This document shows, in pieces, positions 28,581 through 38,394 of a DNA stretch of 64,000 nucleotides (the first letter of the stretch is position 1; the number at the start of each line of letters is the position of its first letter). Under the pieces are notes generated by a model. The model had not been told where the DNA came from. It saw nothing but the letters and a program-made list of their open reading frames with translations, and did not search any database. The translations under genes and the position numbers were made by a program. Location of the stretch: the NCBI GenBank assembly GCA_965250285.1, contig OZ252299.1, positions 672,001-736,000 on the forward strand. Reading direction: 5' to 3'. Source of the stretch: Myxococcota bacterium. GTDB lineage: Bacteria; Myxococcota_A; UBA9160; UBA4427.

Positions 28581-29675
28581 TCAGAAACGGATCGGCACGA
28601 AGATGCTCGTCGCCGCGACGGCGATGAGAACGACCGCCGTCGTTGCAATGATCCACGTGATCTGCGTCCCGAGCGGCAGGGTCGTCATCTGACCGTGGTG
28701 CGAGTGCTGGATACCGGCCATCTCGCCTTCGCCGTGGTGAGCGTGGTCCATGCCGGTGTCGTCACCTTCGCCGTGGTGAGCGTGGTCCATGCCGGTGTCG
28801 TCGCCTTCGCCGTGGTGAGCGTGGTCCATGCCGGTGTCGTCGCCTTCGCCGTGGGGAGCGTGGTCCATGCCGGTGTCGTCGCCTTCGCCGTGGTGAGCGT
28901 GGCCCATGCCCGACATGCGCTCCGCCCCGGCGCCGCCATGCGCGTGCTCGCTCGATTCCGAGTGTGCGGCCTCGGGCGGGCGATGTCCGAGATGGGGGTC
29001 GGGGTCAGCGCCGGGGAGCGTCATGCACCCGTGCTTCAGGTGGCGCGAGACCAGCCAGTAGTTGACCGGATAGCCCAACAGCCCGCCCGCCAGGCTGGCG
29101 AGGCTCATGCGAAACCAGAACGACGGCTGCGCGGGCGATTCGCTGCCTGGCCAGGCATGCGCGAGTAGCACCATCGCCGGGATCATGCCGGCCATGACCA
29201 GGTTCATCGATACGGTCTCGGAGAAGAACGTCTTTCGGACGGCCATCCAGTAGTTGCCGTCGAACATCCCGATCATCATCAGCGCTTGAAAGATGAACAA
29301 GCCGCATGCGAAGCCCGCGGCATACTCGATGACCGCGTCCCAGCCGTTGGGCAGGCCGAAGACAGGCACGATCGATGCGGCGATCAAGATGCCCGTTGCG
29401 TCACCGGCCAGGCAGTGCACCTCGCTGTTGACTGCCTGCTTCCAGACGGGCCGGGTGAACGCATCGTGACCGCCCGGGAACGGTCGCCGACATGCGAGCA
29501 GAAAGAGAACGAACCCGACGGGCCCGGTGTAGACGACGACGAGGGCCCAGCCGAGCTTCTGGACCCAGCTGACCGGCGAGTTGGTCGTCAGGTCATAGGC
29601 CAGAATGGCGAGCGACAGGGCCGTCAGCGTGAACCAGACGATCATCGCGCCGTCGAGCATGGGGCCGCTCCTCAT
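28581..29675 (-). CDS. DUF4396 family membrane protein with His/Met-rich repeat insert
   Basis: HCLAGDATG, SETVSMN and FWFRMSL..GYPVNYWLV..LKHG are typical of DUF4396; repeats GDDTGMDHAHHGE. Confidence 0.8.
   Translation of the reverse strand: MRSGPMLDGAMIVWFTLTALSLAILAYDLTTNSPVSWVQKLGWALVVVYTGPVGFVLFLLACRRPFPGGHDAFTRPVWKQAVNSEVHCLAGDATGILIAASIVPVFGLPNGWDAVIEYAAGFACGLFIFQALMMIGMFDGNYWMAVRKTFFSETVSMNLVMAGMIPAMVLLAHAWPGSESPAQPSFWFRMSLASLAGGLLGYPVNYWLVSRHLKHGCMTLPGADPDPHLGHRPPEAAHSESSEHAHGGAGAERMSGMGHAHHGEGDDTGMDHAPHGEGDDTGMDHAHHGEGDDTGMDHAHHGEGDDTGMDHAHHGEGEMAGIQHSHHGQMTTLPLGTQITWIIATTAVVLIAVAATSIFVPIRF
28723..28910. repeat. 39-bp coding tandem repeat, about 4.8 copies
   Basis: Unit TCGCCTTCGCCGTGGTGAGCGTGGTCCATGCCGGTGTCG starting at 28723, 28762, 28801, 28840 and 28879, with only 1-2 substitutions. 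Confidence 0.95.
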
Positions 29676-29774
29676 CGTCGCTCTTGCCCACTCGAAGTCT
29701 CGTGGGTTGCGCGCCCGGCATCAAGGGGCGCTCGTGGCGCGTGTCTGGCCGACCGAGTCGATCACGTGCGCCGA

Positions 29775-31064
29775 TCAGAATGCGTGATCGAGCGAGAGTC
29801 GCAGTGCGTGGTAGTCCTGCGCCCCGGTGTACTTCAGCCCCAGCGACGTCCGATCGCGCACGGCACCGCTGCCGAACGAACGCGTCGTTCCAACCGCGAG
29901 GCCGACCTCGTTGTAGTGGTCGACGAAGACGTCCGAGCCGAGCACCCAGCTGTCGGTGAAGTCGAGTCGGGCGAAGAGCGGGTGGCCGAGAAAACGCTTC
30001 GAGAGCGCGCGCTCGAGCTCGACTCCATTGCGAATGAGATAGTTCGTGATGTCGTAGGTGATCTCGTACCCGAACCACTCCATGCCGTCGACGCTCGAAG
30101 AAGCGCTGAAGGCGTTGCCGAGTCGGAACGTGTTCTGGCCGAGCTTCCATTGCATATGGCTCGTCACGCCCGCCGAGTAGAGCACCGCGAGGCCGCCGAG
30201 CTCGACCGAGCCCGCGATGCCGCCGCGCCCTTGTACGAGGATGTTCCACCAGGGCAACGCGCGATAGAGAAAGCCCAAGCCGCCGTGCGCCGTCGCCGTG
30301 TGCGCGTCGCCCTCGGTCTGGGTGTAGGCCAGGGGCAGGTCGAAGGTGACGGCGAACCGCGGGTCTTCGAAGTTGAGCGTGTACTCGAGGGCGAGGTCGG
30401 CCATGAAGCCGTTCCAGCGCCCGCCCCAGAAGGGTGTGTAGTCGGTGCGCACTGCGAACTCGTCGCGGCCGCGCCAGATCTCTCCGTCCGCATCCGGTTC
30501 GTGCGGATCCTTTGGCCGAAAGAGCGCGCGGGCTCCCAGGTCGTAGGGCGCCTGCATCATGCGCGTCTGCAGGCTGAAGGGGGTGCCGGCGATCGGGTCG
30601 ACGGCCGACTCGGCCACGAAGGCCTGCAGCAGGCTCGTCAGTGCCGAGGCCTTCGAATCGGGGAGGGGGAGACCGTTCTCGATCCAGTCTTCGAAGAGCT
30701 CGATCGACTCGTCGCGGTTGCTGCCATTGAACGCGATGTCGAGCCCGATCGAGGGCACCTGAAAGAAGAAGGTGGCGTCGTCGAGATCGAACCCGGCCCG
30801 CGACTGAACGCCCCTCAAGTCGAGCCGCGCGTAGACGGGGTCGCGCAACGGGTCGTAGCGGCTGTTGGTGAGGTCCTCGAGGACACGGCTGTCGAACAGG
30901 TCGTCGATCGATTCGAGCGCGTTGACGCCGCGGATGAGGTTCTTCGTCTCGCCGATCTCGAAGCGCGCCCGAAAGAGCCTGTCGTTCTCGCTGGCCTCGG
31001 CGTCGATGGCCGCGAGGGCGAGCTGCATCGTTGCGATCGCGAGCACGACCGTCGAAGCACGCAT
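29775..31064 (-). CDS. Outer-membrane beta-barrel protein (possibly solitary autotransporter-barrel-like)
   Basis: Signal peptide; amphipathic strands in the C-terminal half; BAM-type C-terminus LRLSLDHAF. Confidence 0.65.
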   Translation of the reverse strand: MRASTVVLAIATMQLALAAIDAEASENDRLFRARFEIGETKNLIRGVNALESIDDLFDSRVLEDLTNSRYDPLRDPVYARLDLRGVQSRAGFDLDDATFFFQVPSIGLDIAFNGSNRDESIELFEDWIENGLPLPDSKASALTSLLQAFVAESAVDPIAGTPFSLQTRMMQAPYDLGARALFRPKDPHEPDADGEIWRGRDEFAVRTDYTPFWGGRWNGFMADLALEYTLNFEDPRFAVTFDLPLAYTQTEGDAHTATAHGGLGFLYRALPWWNILVQGRGGIAGSVELGGLAVLYSAGVTSHMQWKLGQNTFRLGNAFSASSSVDGMEWFGYEITYDITNYLIRNGVELERALSKRFLGHPLFARLDFTDSWVLGSDVFVDHYNEVGLAVGTTRSFGSGAVRDRTSLGLKYTGAQDYHALRLSLDHAF

Positions 31065-31564
31065 CGACTGATGGCGTCGGGTGGAATTCAAGACGTCTCT
31101 CAGGGTGCGTTCGCCGCCCGGTGGCGCCCGCGCCGATCAGGGTGCCCGAACCCGTCTGGACGGGCAATCGATTCCCCCGGACTTCGCGCGCCCCACGGCC
31201 GCGGCGGGGCACCGCTGCAGTCGACTCGACGAGCGCCGAGCGACCTTCCGTCGCCGAGGCGGGCGAGCGCGATCCGCGTCGCGCGCCTCGCGCCGGGCCG
31301 TGTGTTCGAGAGATGCAGCCGGTCGGGGCTCTGCCGATCGGGCTAGGCCGGGGCGGCCCGGGTCGCCCGTCGGAGCGTCCTCGTTGCCTTCAGTCGAGTC
31401 TCACGCCGATTCGGGGGCGTGCGCCGGCGCTCGGCGCGCTGCGCGCGGCGTGGCGTAGGCCGGTCGGGCGATGATGCGCGGGGGCGTCGCTCCATAGATT
31501 CGAGCCACTGGACGCCGTCGGCCCCGCGAGATCCATCGCGGAGCGTCGGCAGGAGGCTCGAATC

Positions 31565-34500
31565 ATGGATCCCACTCGCCCCCTCTCGCATGCGATGCGG
31601 TCGACGCGCAAGCCTGTTGCATCGCTCCTGCTGCTGCTTTCGGTTGCCGTCGCTTGCGGAACCGACGCGCCCAACGAAGAAGAGCAGCAGGTGGTCGAGC
31701 CGATGCCGGCTCAGACGATGGACATCCGCGGTCAGGTCACCGGGCTCGACGCCAGCAGCGTGTCGGTGTCGAATCGGGGGCGGCCCGCGATCACACTCGC
31801 GGCAAACGGCCCGTTCACGCTGACCGATGAGGCCCGGGGCGACTTCGATGTCCGTGTCGTCGCGAACCCCCGCGACCAGCAGTGCCGCGTCACGGGGGGC
31901 GCCGGCTACGAAGACGAGCACGACGTCGACGGCGTGCAGGTGGTGTGCACGGCCGTGACCGCCTTGGGGTGCACGGGCTCGGTGGATAGCGACGGCGACA
32001 CGCTGACCGACTGCCAGGAGCTCGAGGTCTGGGGGACGAACCCGTGGATCGCAGATACCGATGGCGACGGCTTCGACGACGGCCGAGAGGCGCGTGACTT
32101 CAATCCCGGCAGCGACCGCTACCTCTTCAACCCCCGCATCGCCGACCTCGCCACCGTCGCGCTCGATCTCGAGTCGCTGCCCGAGATCGTGCTCGACTTC
32201 GAGACGTCGACTCAGCAGGCCGTGCAGGTGAGCGCCGAGCGAAGCAGCAGCTCCACGAGCAGCATCGCGCGCAGCCGAGGCGGGGCGCAGACCCGCCAGC
32301 TCGAGACCGGACACACCCTGAGCGCCAGCGTTTCGCGCACCGTGGGGACGGAGGTGGAGATCAGCGCGACCAACGTCGGGGGCAAGTCGACGTTCGAGAC
32401 CAGCCTGACGGCTGGCTTCGAGCTGTCGCAGACGCAGTCGAGGGGGTCGGAAGTCAACTGGAGCGCCACCGAACTCAGTGAGAACTCGGCCGCCTATGCC
32501 GAGTCGGTGGAGCAGAGCCAGATCGAGGGCTCGACCTACACGGGCGGCGAGCTGAGCGTGCTCGTCCGCCTCCGCAACGATGGCAACCTCGCCTACGACC
32601 TCGAGAATCTGAAGCTCACCGCCTATCTCTTCGACCCGGCCAAGCCGTTCGCCAAGCGTCCGGTCGGTACGCTCGAGCTCGGGTCGGGTGACTTCCCGAC
32701 GACGTCGATCGGCGTCGACTCGATCTCGGCGCCACTCACGTTCGCGACCGACCTGCCCCTGCAGACCGCGCAAGCCCTGCTGCGCGACGCACGCAACCTC
32801 GTCATCGAGCCCGCGACGTACCGCCTGCTCGACATCTCGAACGGCTCGATCCTGCTGCGTGACCAGGATGTGTCGTTGCGGACGGCCACCGTCACGATCG
32901 ACTACGGCACGCTCGCGGGGCGCGTCGAGAGCCATCGCGTCGCGGTCAACCGCGGTGGGACGGTCAAGTTCATCACCGCCGCCCAGGCGCTGGGCGACAT
33001 CATGGGGCTCGACTACGAAGAGGGCGTGCAGCCGTGGTACTACGGCGAAGATGCGCAGGCGACCGGCAGCTACGAAGGCCTCGTGCGGATTCGCGACTTT
33101 GCCATGGACGAGGTTGCGAATCGCTACTGGCTGGTCGCGCACAATCACAAGACCGAAGGCGGAGCGGGCCCGCCGGTCACCGACTCGTACCACCTGCTCC
33201 TCGAAGACTACGATCTCGACTCGATCGTGCTGCAGGCCGGCGATCACCTGTCGATGGTGTACGTCGGCGACGCGGACCGGGACGTGCTCTCGGATCGCCT
33301 CGAGGCCGAGGTCGGGACCGACCCCGACGAAGGGGATACCGACGGCGACGGCATCGGTGACGCCGAGGAGCTCTACGGTTGGCTCACCAATCTCGCGTCG
33401 CCGCCCTGCGACGAGGGGCCCCTCACGCGCGTGCGATCGAATCCCCTCGTCGTCGATACGGACGACGACGGCATCGAGGACGGCATCGAGCAGGCCGGTT
33501 GCCAGAACCCCGGCTTCGACTTCGTGGCCGTCGCGGGCGCGGACCAGTGGATCGATGCGGGGCGGCCCGTGCGCCTGCAGGGTGGATACGAAGGCACCGG
33601 GGTCGTCGCGCCGACGTACCGGTGGACGCTGCTCGCCGGCCCCGACGTGCGGGGGCCCGATGGGCCGACGCGCGAGCTGCTGGGCGCGGCGCCCGAGTTC
33701 GAGGCGCCCGACGAGGTGACGACGCTGGTGTGGGAGCTCGAGGTCACGAGTGACGGTCGGTCGCAGACCGACGAGGTGACGGTGCAGGTGCTCGCGGACG
33801 TGTCGCGCGCGGTCTTCGTCGGCTCGAACGATCTAGGCGGGAGCGCCGACGGCAGCCCCGACCGACCGTACACGTCGCTGCCCGTCGCCCTCGCGCTCAT
33901 CGCGCCCGGGGACGATCTCTACGTGATGACGCGTGAGGCGCCGTACGAAGAGGTAAACACGCTCGAGGTGCCCGCCGGGACGAGTCTCTACGGTGGATAT
34001 GACGAAGCGTGGGTGCGCGACGTCGACGCGAACCGAACGCTGGTGCGACTGTCGGCGCGAAACGACGCGCAACCCGTGCTCCGCTACATCGACGTCGGCA
34101 CGGACGACGTCGTCTCGGGCTTCGCGCTCGTGACCGAGCGCGACCACGAAGATCCGTCGGCCAACGTCGTGGGCGTCGAGGTGACCGCCCGGCCGGGCAG
34201 CTCGGGGAAGCTGTCGCTGCTCGACAATCGCATCGTGGCCGACGCGACCTCGACCACGGCGACGACGGACATGCCGGGTTCGAGCTATGGCCTGTGGGTG
34301 GCCGACTTGCGCACGCTCGTGATGCAGCGCAACACCATCTCGTCGGGCGCCGGCGCTCGCGGTCGAGCCGGGAGCCGAGGCGACCCGGGAGAGACCGGCG
34401 ATCGCGGCAACGCCGGCAAGACCAGTGGCGGCCGGTCGACGGGCGGAAGCGGCCGTCATGGCCTCGACGGAGGGTACGGCGGCGCGGCCGGAACCGGCGC

Positions 34501-35371
34501 CAACGCGAGCGGCGAGGGGGGTAACTCTGGCGATGGACGCGTCGCCGACGACAGCTGCGGCGCGGGCGGTCGCTCGGGGACGAAGGATCGCGGCGCGGGG
34601 CACGGCAACCCTGGATGCCGCGGTGCCGGCGGCGCTCATGGCGAAGGGGGCAGCGGAGCGGGTGACGCCGACGATCGAACGAGCGGCTACGTGCCGGCCC
34701 TGGCGAAGACCGGGAAGAGGGGAGATGGCGGCGGCGGTGGTGGTGGCGGCGGCGGCGGTGCCGCCAACAACGTCGGCGTCGACGGCGGCAGCGGGGGCGG
34801 TGGCGGCGAGGGCGGCGGCGGTGGGTACCCGGGCTCACCCGGTGTCGGTGGCGGCGCGAGCATCGCGGTGTGGCTGACGGGAACGACGACGGCGCTCGTC
34901 TATGACAACGAGATCGCCGCGGGCTCGGGCGGCGCCGGTGGCTACGGGGGGCCGGGCGGCGCGGGGGGCTCGGGCGGCGCCGGTGGAAACGGCGGGGCCG
35001 GCAACACGGGCGCGTTCGGAGGCAACGGCGGATCCGGCGGCAACGGTGGGCGGGGCGGCATCGGCGGCGTCGGCGGCTACGGCGGGGGAGGCGGCGGGGG
35101 CGCATCGATCGGGATCTTCGTCGATGCCGGTCAGGCCCCCTTCATCGAGCGCAACCGCATCACGACCGCGGGCGGGGGCCCGGGCGGCTACAGCCCCTCG
35201 GCGAACGCAGCGGGACACGGCGGCGACAGCTACGCGATCTACGATGCACAGGTCGCCGGCGACCTGACGCCGCGCCTCGCCGACAACGTGATGACGCCTG
35301 GCCAGGGCGGCGTCGCTGGCAAGAGCGACGGCGTCGCGGGCACGCGCGCCGAGACCAACTTTGCGCCCTGA
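31565..35371 (+). CDS. Large surface lipoprotein: Ig-like + Ca-binding DxDGD motifs + binary toxin B/protective antigen-like core + PKD + DUF1565/beta-helix with Gly-rich inserts
   Basis: AGGAGG RBS; lipobox VAC; DSDGDTLTD and DTDGDGFDD; Ser/Thr-rich hairpin; AGADQ..YRWT PKD; DGSPDRPYTSL DUF1565-type motif; PGRS-like Gly tracts. Confidence 0.8.
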   Translation: MDPTRPLSHAMRSTRKPVASLLLLLSVAVACGTDAPNEEEQQVVEPMPAQTMDIRGQVTGLDASSVSVSNRGRPAITLAANGPFTLTDEARGDFDVRVVANPRDQQCRVTGGAGYEDEHDVDGVQVVCTAVTALGCTGSVDSDGDTLTDCQELEVWGTNPWIADTDGDGFDDGREARDFNPGSDRYLFNPRIADLATVALDLESLPEIVLDFETSTQQAVQVSAERSSSSTSSIARSRGGAQTRQLETGHTLSASVSRTVGTEVEISATNVGGKSTFETSLTAGFELSQTQSRGSEVNWSATELSENSAAYAESVEQSQIEGSTYTGGELSVLVRLRNDGNLAYDLENLKLTAYLFDPAKPFAKRPVGTLELGSGDFPTTSIGVDSISAPLTFATDLPLQTAQALLRDARNLVIEPATYRLLDISNGSILLRDQDVSLRTATVTIDYGTLAGRVESHRVAVNRGGTVKFITAAQALGDIMGLDYEEGVQPWYYGEDAQATGSYEGLVRIRDFAMDEVANRYWLVAHNHKTEGGAGPPVTDSYHLLLEDYDLDSIVLQAGDHLSMVYVGDADRDVLSDRLEAEVGTDPDEGDTDGDGIGDAEELYGWLTNLASPPCDEGPLTRVRSNPLVVDTDDDGIEDGIEQAGCQNPGFDFVAVAGADQWIDAGRPVRLQGGYEGTGVVAPTYRWTLLAGPDVRGPDGPTRELLGAAPEFEAPDEVTTLVWELEVTSDGRSQTDEVTVQVLADVSRAVFVGSNDLGGSADGSPDRPYTSLPVALALIAPGDDLYVMTREAPYEEVNTLEVPAGTSLYGGYDEAWVRDVDANRTLVRLSARNDAQPVLRYIDVGTDDVVSGFALVTERDHEDPSANVVGVEVTARPGSSGKLSLLDNRIVADATSTTATTDMPGSSYGLWVADLRTLVMQRNTISSGAGARGRAGSRGDPGETGDRGNAGKTSGGRSTGGSGRHGLDGGYGGAAGTGANASGEGGNSGDGRVADDSCGAGGRSGTKDRGAGHGNPGCRGAGGAHGEGGSGAGDADDRTSGYVPALAKTGKRGDGGGGGGGGGGGAANNVGVDGGSGGGGGEGGGGGYPGSPGVGGGASIAVWLTGTTTALVYDNEIAAGSGGAGGYGGPGGAGGSGGAGGNGGAGNTGAFGGNGGSGGNGGRGGIGGVGGYGGGGGGGASIGIFVDAGQAPFIERNRITTAGGGPGGYSPSANAAGHGGDSYAIYDAQVAGDLTPRLADNVMTPGQGGVAGKSDGVAGTRAETNFAP

Positions 35372-35485
35372 GCGATCGACCACGGGCGGGTGCGTGGCCC
35401 ACACGCCGAGAGTTCACGAGGCCGCTCGCGCGACGCCCGAGGCGCGCGTCGGTCGTCGCAGGGCAACCGAGGTAGTGTCGTGACC

Positions 35486-38359
35486 ATGCGTGCCCGCAAG
35501 CTCCAGACCGACTGGATCCTCGCGATCAGCCTCTCGGCTCTCTTTCTGATGTCGGCGACGCTGCACATCCGCGAGATCGGTCGGACTCGACTGGCGCTGC
35601 CGCCGGTCTTCGCGGTGCTCGAGTTCGGTGGCGATGGCGTGCCCATCGTCGGGGGCCTGCGGCTCGAGCGCAGCGCCGACTGGAACGGGCTGGAGTACGG
35701 CGATCGCCTGATCCGCGTGGGCGAGACCTCGCTCGAGGGCGTCTCGTACGCCGCGTTCGATGCCATCGTCATGGCCGAGGCGGGTTCGGCTTCGAGCGTA
35801 CCGCTCGTGTACGAGCGCGACGGCCAGCGCTTCGTAGTCGATCTGCAGATGCAGGCCTATGCGCAGCCGTGGAGTCGGCTCCCGCTGATGGCGGCGCTCG
35901 CGCTCGTCGCGACCTTCGTCCTGCTGCGTGCGCCCGGCACGCGTCACGCGCGGCTCTTCTTTGCGAGCATCATGCTGATCGCGGCGGCCGAGCTTCCGTT
36001 CTACGGCGGGCCGCGGATCCAGTCCTACGCGTACGTCGCGCTCTTCAATGTTGCCCTGCCGATCGGTCTGTTCCTCTGGTTCCGCTGGATCATCGGCTTT
36101 CCCGAGGGCGTGCGGCCCGACAAGCGACTCTCCCCTGCGCTCGCCTGGATCGTCTTGCTGTTTCCCCTGGCGCGCATCCCGTACCACCTGGGTGGATTGA
36201 TCCCCGCACCCGTCGTCCCGAGTGTCGTCCTGACGACCGATGCCATCTTCGCCGCATCGTCGGTCGCGATCCTGACGTGGAACTACGCGCACGCCGACCC
36301 GATCGGTCGACGCCAGGTGAAGTGGATCGTGTTCGGTGCCTACGTCGGCTGCCTGCCGCTCCTGATCGCCTCGGCAATGACCATCGTGACCCCGGGCCGG
36401 GGCACCGCGCTCGAGTTTCACGATCTGCTGCCGCTCGTGATGATCGCGCCCCTCGCGATCGTGGCCGGTACGCTGATCGGGATCCTGCGCCACAACCTCT
36501 TCGACATCGATCGCCTGATGACGCGCGCCGCGGCCTACTCGGCGAGCGGCGCGCTCGCGCTCGGCGCGGCGCTCGCCCTCGTGCAGCTGCTGGCGTCGGT
36601 CATCTCCGACGGGCTGAGCATCGACGAGGCGCATGCGCGGCTCGTGCTCACGATCCTGCTCGGGGCCGTGGCGATCCCGGTCACGATTCGAATGCGGCGG
36701 CCCATCGAGCACTTCTTCTTCCCGAGACGACGCGATCAGCAACAGGGGGTTCAGCAGCTCCTGGTCGACATCGACGACTGCGACCGGCCGCCCCTGGTCG
36801 CCGATCTCGTCGCGACCCGAGTCGGGGGACTCTTCGAGCCCGAGTACGTCACGACGGTCGACGCCCGTTTGCGGCGACCCCGCACCGTCGACGGGCCCGA
36901 GGCGCGTGGTCTCGAAACGGATGGCGCGTTCGTGCGAGCCCTGGCGAGTCATCCGTGGCCGGCCTTCATCGATCGGGATCGGTTCGATGCAGTGAGGGTG
37001 GGCGTGCCCGCGATCGCCTCGCCGGGCGAGCCCTCCGCGCCGGCGATCGTCGTGCCCCTGCGTGACGGCAAGGATCTCGCCTTCATCCTGCTCGTGGGCC
37101 CGCCCCGGTCGGGTGATGAGTTCACGTCGACGGATCTGTCGCTGCTGACCACCGTCGCCGAGCGAGCGTCTTCGCAGCTGCGCGCGCTGCGTGACCACGA
37201 CGCCCTCGAGACCGAACGAATTCGGGTCGATGAGCTCCGCGAGCTCAAGGAGGCGGCGGAACGAGCGCATCAGAGCCGATCGCGGTTCCTCGCCGCGGCC
37301 AGCCACGATCTGCGTCAGCCCCTGCACGCGCTCGGCCTCTTCGTCGAATCCCTGTCCGAATCAGTGGAGCGGGGACCGACCGACCCCGAGCTCGTGCGGC
37401 GGATCCAGGGATCGGCGCGGTCGGTCGAAGCCATGTTCGATTCGCTGCTCGACATCTCGCGGCTCGACGTCGGCGCGGTCGAGGCCAGGCTCTCACGATT
37501 CGAGGTCGAGCCCGTGCTGAGCCAGATCGCTGATGAGCTCGGGCCGGATGCCGAGCGAAAGGGGCTCGCCCTGCGCGTCGACTCGAAGAACGAATGGGTC
37601 AAGAGCGACCCTGTTCTGCTCGCGCGCATCGTCCGCAACCTGGCCGTCAACGCCGTCCGCTACACGGCCGAGGGCAGCGTCACGCTCGCGACCCGCCAGG
37701 CCGGGGACGACGTCTGGATCGAGGTGCGTGATACCGGGCCGGGCATTCCCGACCATCGGCGAGCGGAGATCTTCGACGAGTTCACGCAGCTCGAGCCCGA
37801 GGGAGGCGAAGGGCTCGGCTTGGGTCTCTCGATCGTCTCCCGCCTCAGCGCGCTGCTCGGGCACGAGATCGTCGTCGAGTCGTCGACGCGCGGTGGCTCG
37901 ACCTTCAGCTGTCGCGTGCCGCTCTCGGCGGCCCCGACCGCTCAGGATCGAGAGCCCGAGGGCGCGCGCGCCACCGATCTGAGCGGGCACCGGGTGCTCG
38001 TCGTCGACGATGACTTGAGCATCCTCGAGGCGATGGCGCGTCAGCTTCGAGGTTGGGGATGTGAAGTGACGCTCGCGCGCAACCTCGATGACGTCGAGGA
38101 GAGCCTGGCGCACGGCCCGGCGCCCGACGCATTGCTGAGCGACCTGAGGCTCCTCGACGGCGAGAGCGGGCTCCAGGTCATCGATGTCGTGCGACGCACG
38201 ACCGGCGCCGACACACCCGCCGCGCTGATCAGCGGTGAGTCGGCGACGTCGATCCCGGATGGGGTCCGCTGGCTTCGCAAGCCGGTCGCACCGATGCGGC
38301 TGCGCGCCCTGCTGACCGAGTTGCTCTCGGAGGGACGGTCCGAGACGCACGAGATCTGA
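35486..38359 (+). CDS. Hybrid sensor histidine kinase (PDZ-like + multi-TM + GAF-like + HisKA + HATPase + REC)
   Basis: SHDLRQPL, NAVRYT, DTGPGI and GLGLGL; receiver VLVVDDD..LSD..RKP; PDZ-like GLEYGDRLIRVG. Confidence 0.92.
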   Translation: MRARKLQTDWILAISLSALFLMSATLHIREIGRTRLALPPVFAVLEFGGDGVPIVGGLRLERSADWNGLEYGDRLIRVGETSLEGVSYAAFDAIVMAEAGSASSVPLVYERDGQRFVVDLQMQAYAQPWSRLPLMAALALVATFVLLRAPGTRHARLFFASIMLIAAAELPFYGGPRIQSYAYVALFNVALPIGLFLWFRWIIGFPEGVRPDKRLSPALAWIVLLFPLARIPYHLGGLIPAPVVPSVVLTTDAIFAASSVAILTWNYAHADPIGRRQVKWIVFGAYVGCLPLLIASAMTIVTPGRGTALEFHDLLPLVMIAPLAIVAGTLIGILRHNLFDIDRLMTRAAAYSASGALALGAALALVQLLASVISDGLSIDEAHARLVLTILLGAVAIPVTIRMRRPIEHFFFPRRRDQQQGVQQLLVDIDDCDRPPLVADLVATRVGGLFEPEYVTTVDARLRRPRTVDGPEARGLETDGAFVRALASHPWPAFIDRDRFDAVRVGVPAIASPGEPSAPAIVVPLRDGKDLAFILLVGPPRSGDEFTSTDLSLLTTVAERASSQLRALRDHDALETERIRVDELRELKEAAERAHQSRSRFLAAASHDLRQPLHALGLFVESLSESVERGPTDPELVRRIQGSARSVEAMFDSLLDISRLDVGAVEARLSRFEVEPVLSQIADELGPDAERKGLALRVDSKNEWVKSDPVLLARIVRNLAVNAVRYTAEGSVTLATRQAGDDVWIEVRDTGPGIPDHRRAEIFDEFTQLEPEGGEGLGLGLSIVSRLSALLGHEIVVESSTRGGSTFSCRVPLSAAPTAQDREPEGARATDLSGHRVLVVDDDLSILEAMARQLRGWGCEVTLARNLDDVEESLAHGPAPDALLSDLRLLDGESGLQVIDVVRRTTGADTPAALISGESATSIPDGVRWLRKPVAPMRLRALLTELLSEGRSETHEI

Positions 38360-38394
38360 GCCGTGCTCGGCGGCGCCGATGGCGCGCGGTCACG

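Noticed and set aside
28723..28910. 39-bp repeats as a CRISPR array
   Set aside because: Head-to-tail with no spacers, in frame within a CDS, and no cas genes.
34340..35110. Gly-rich region as a mycobacterial PE-PGRS gene
   Set aside because: No PE domain; it is an insert in a lipoprotein beta-helix, and the similarity is compositional.
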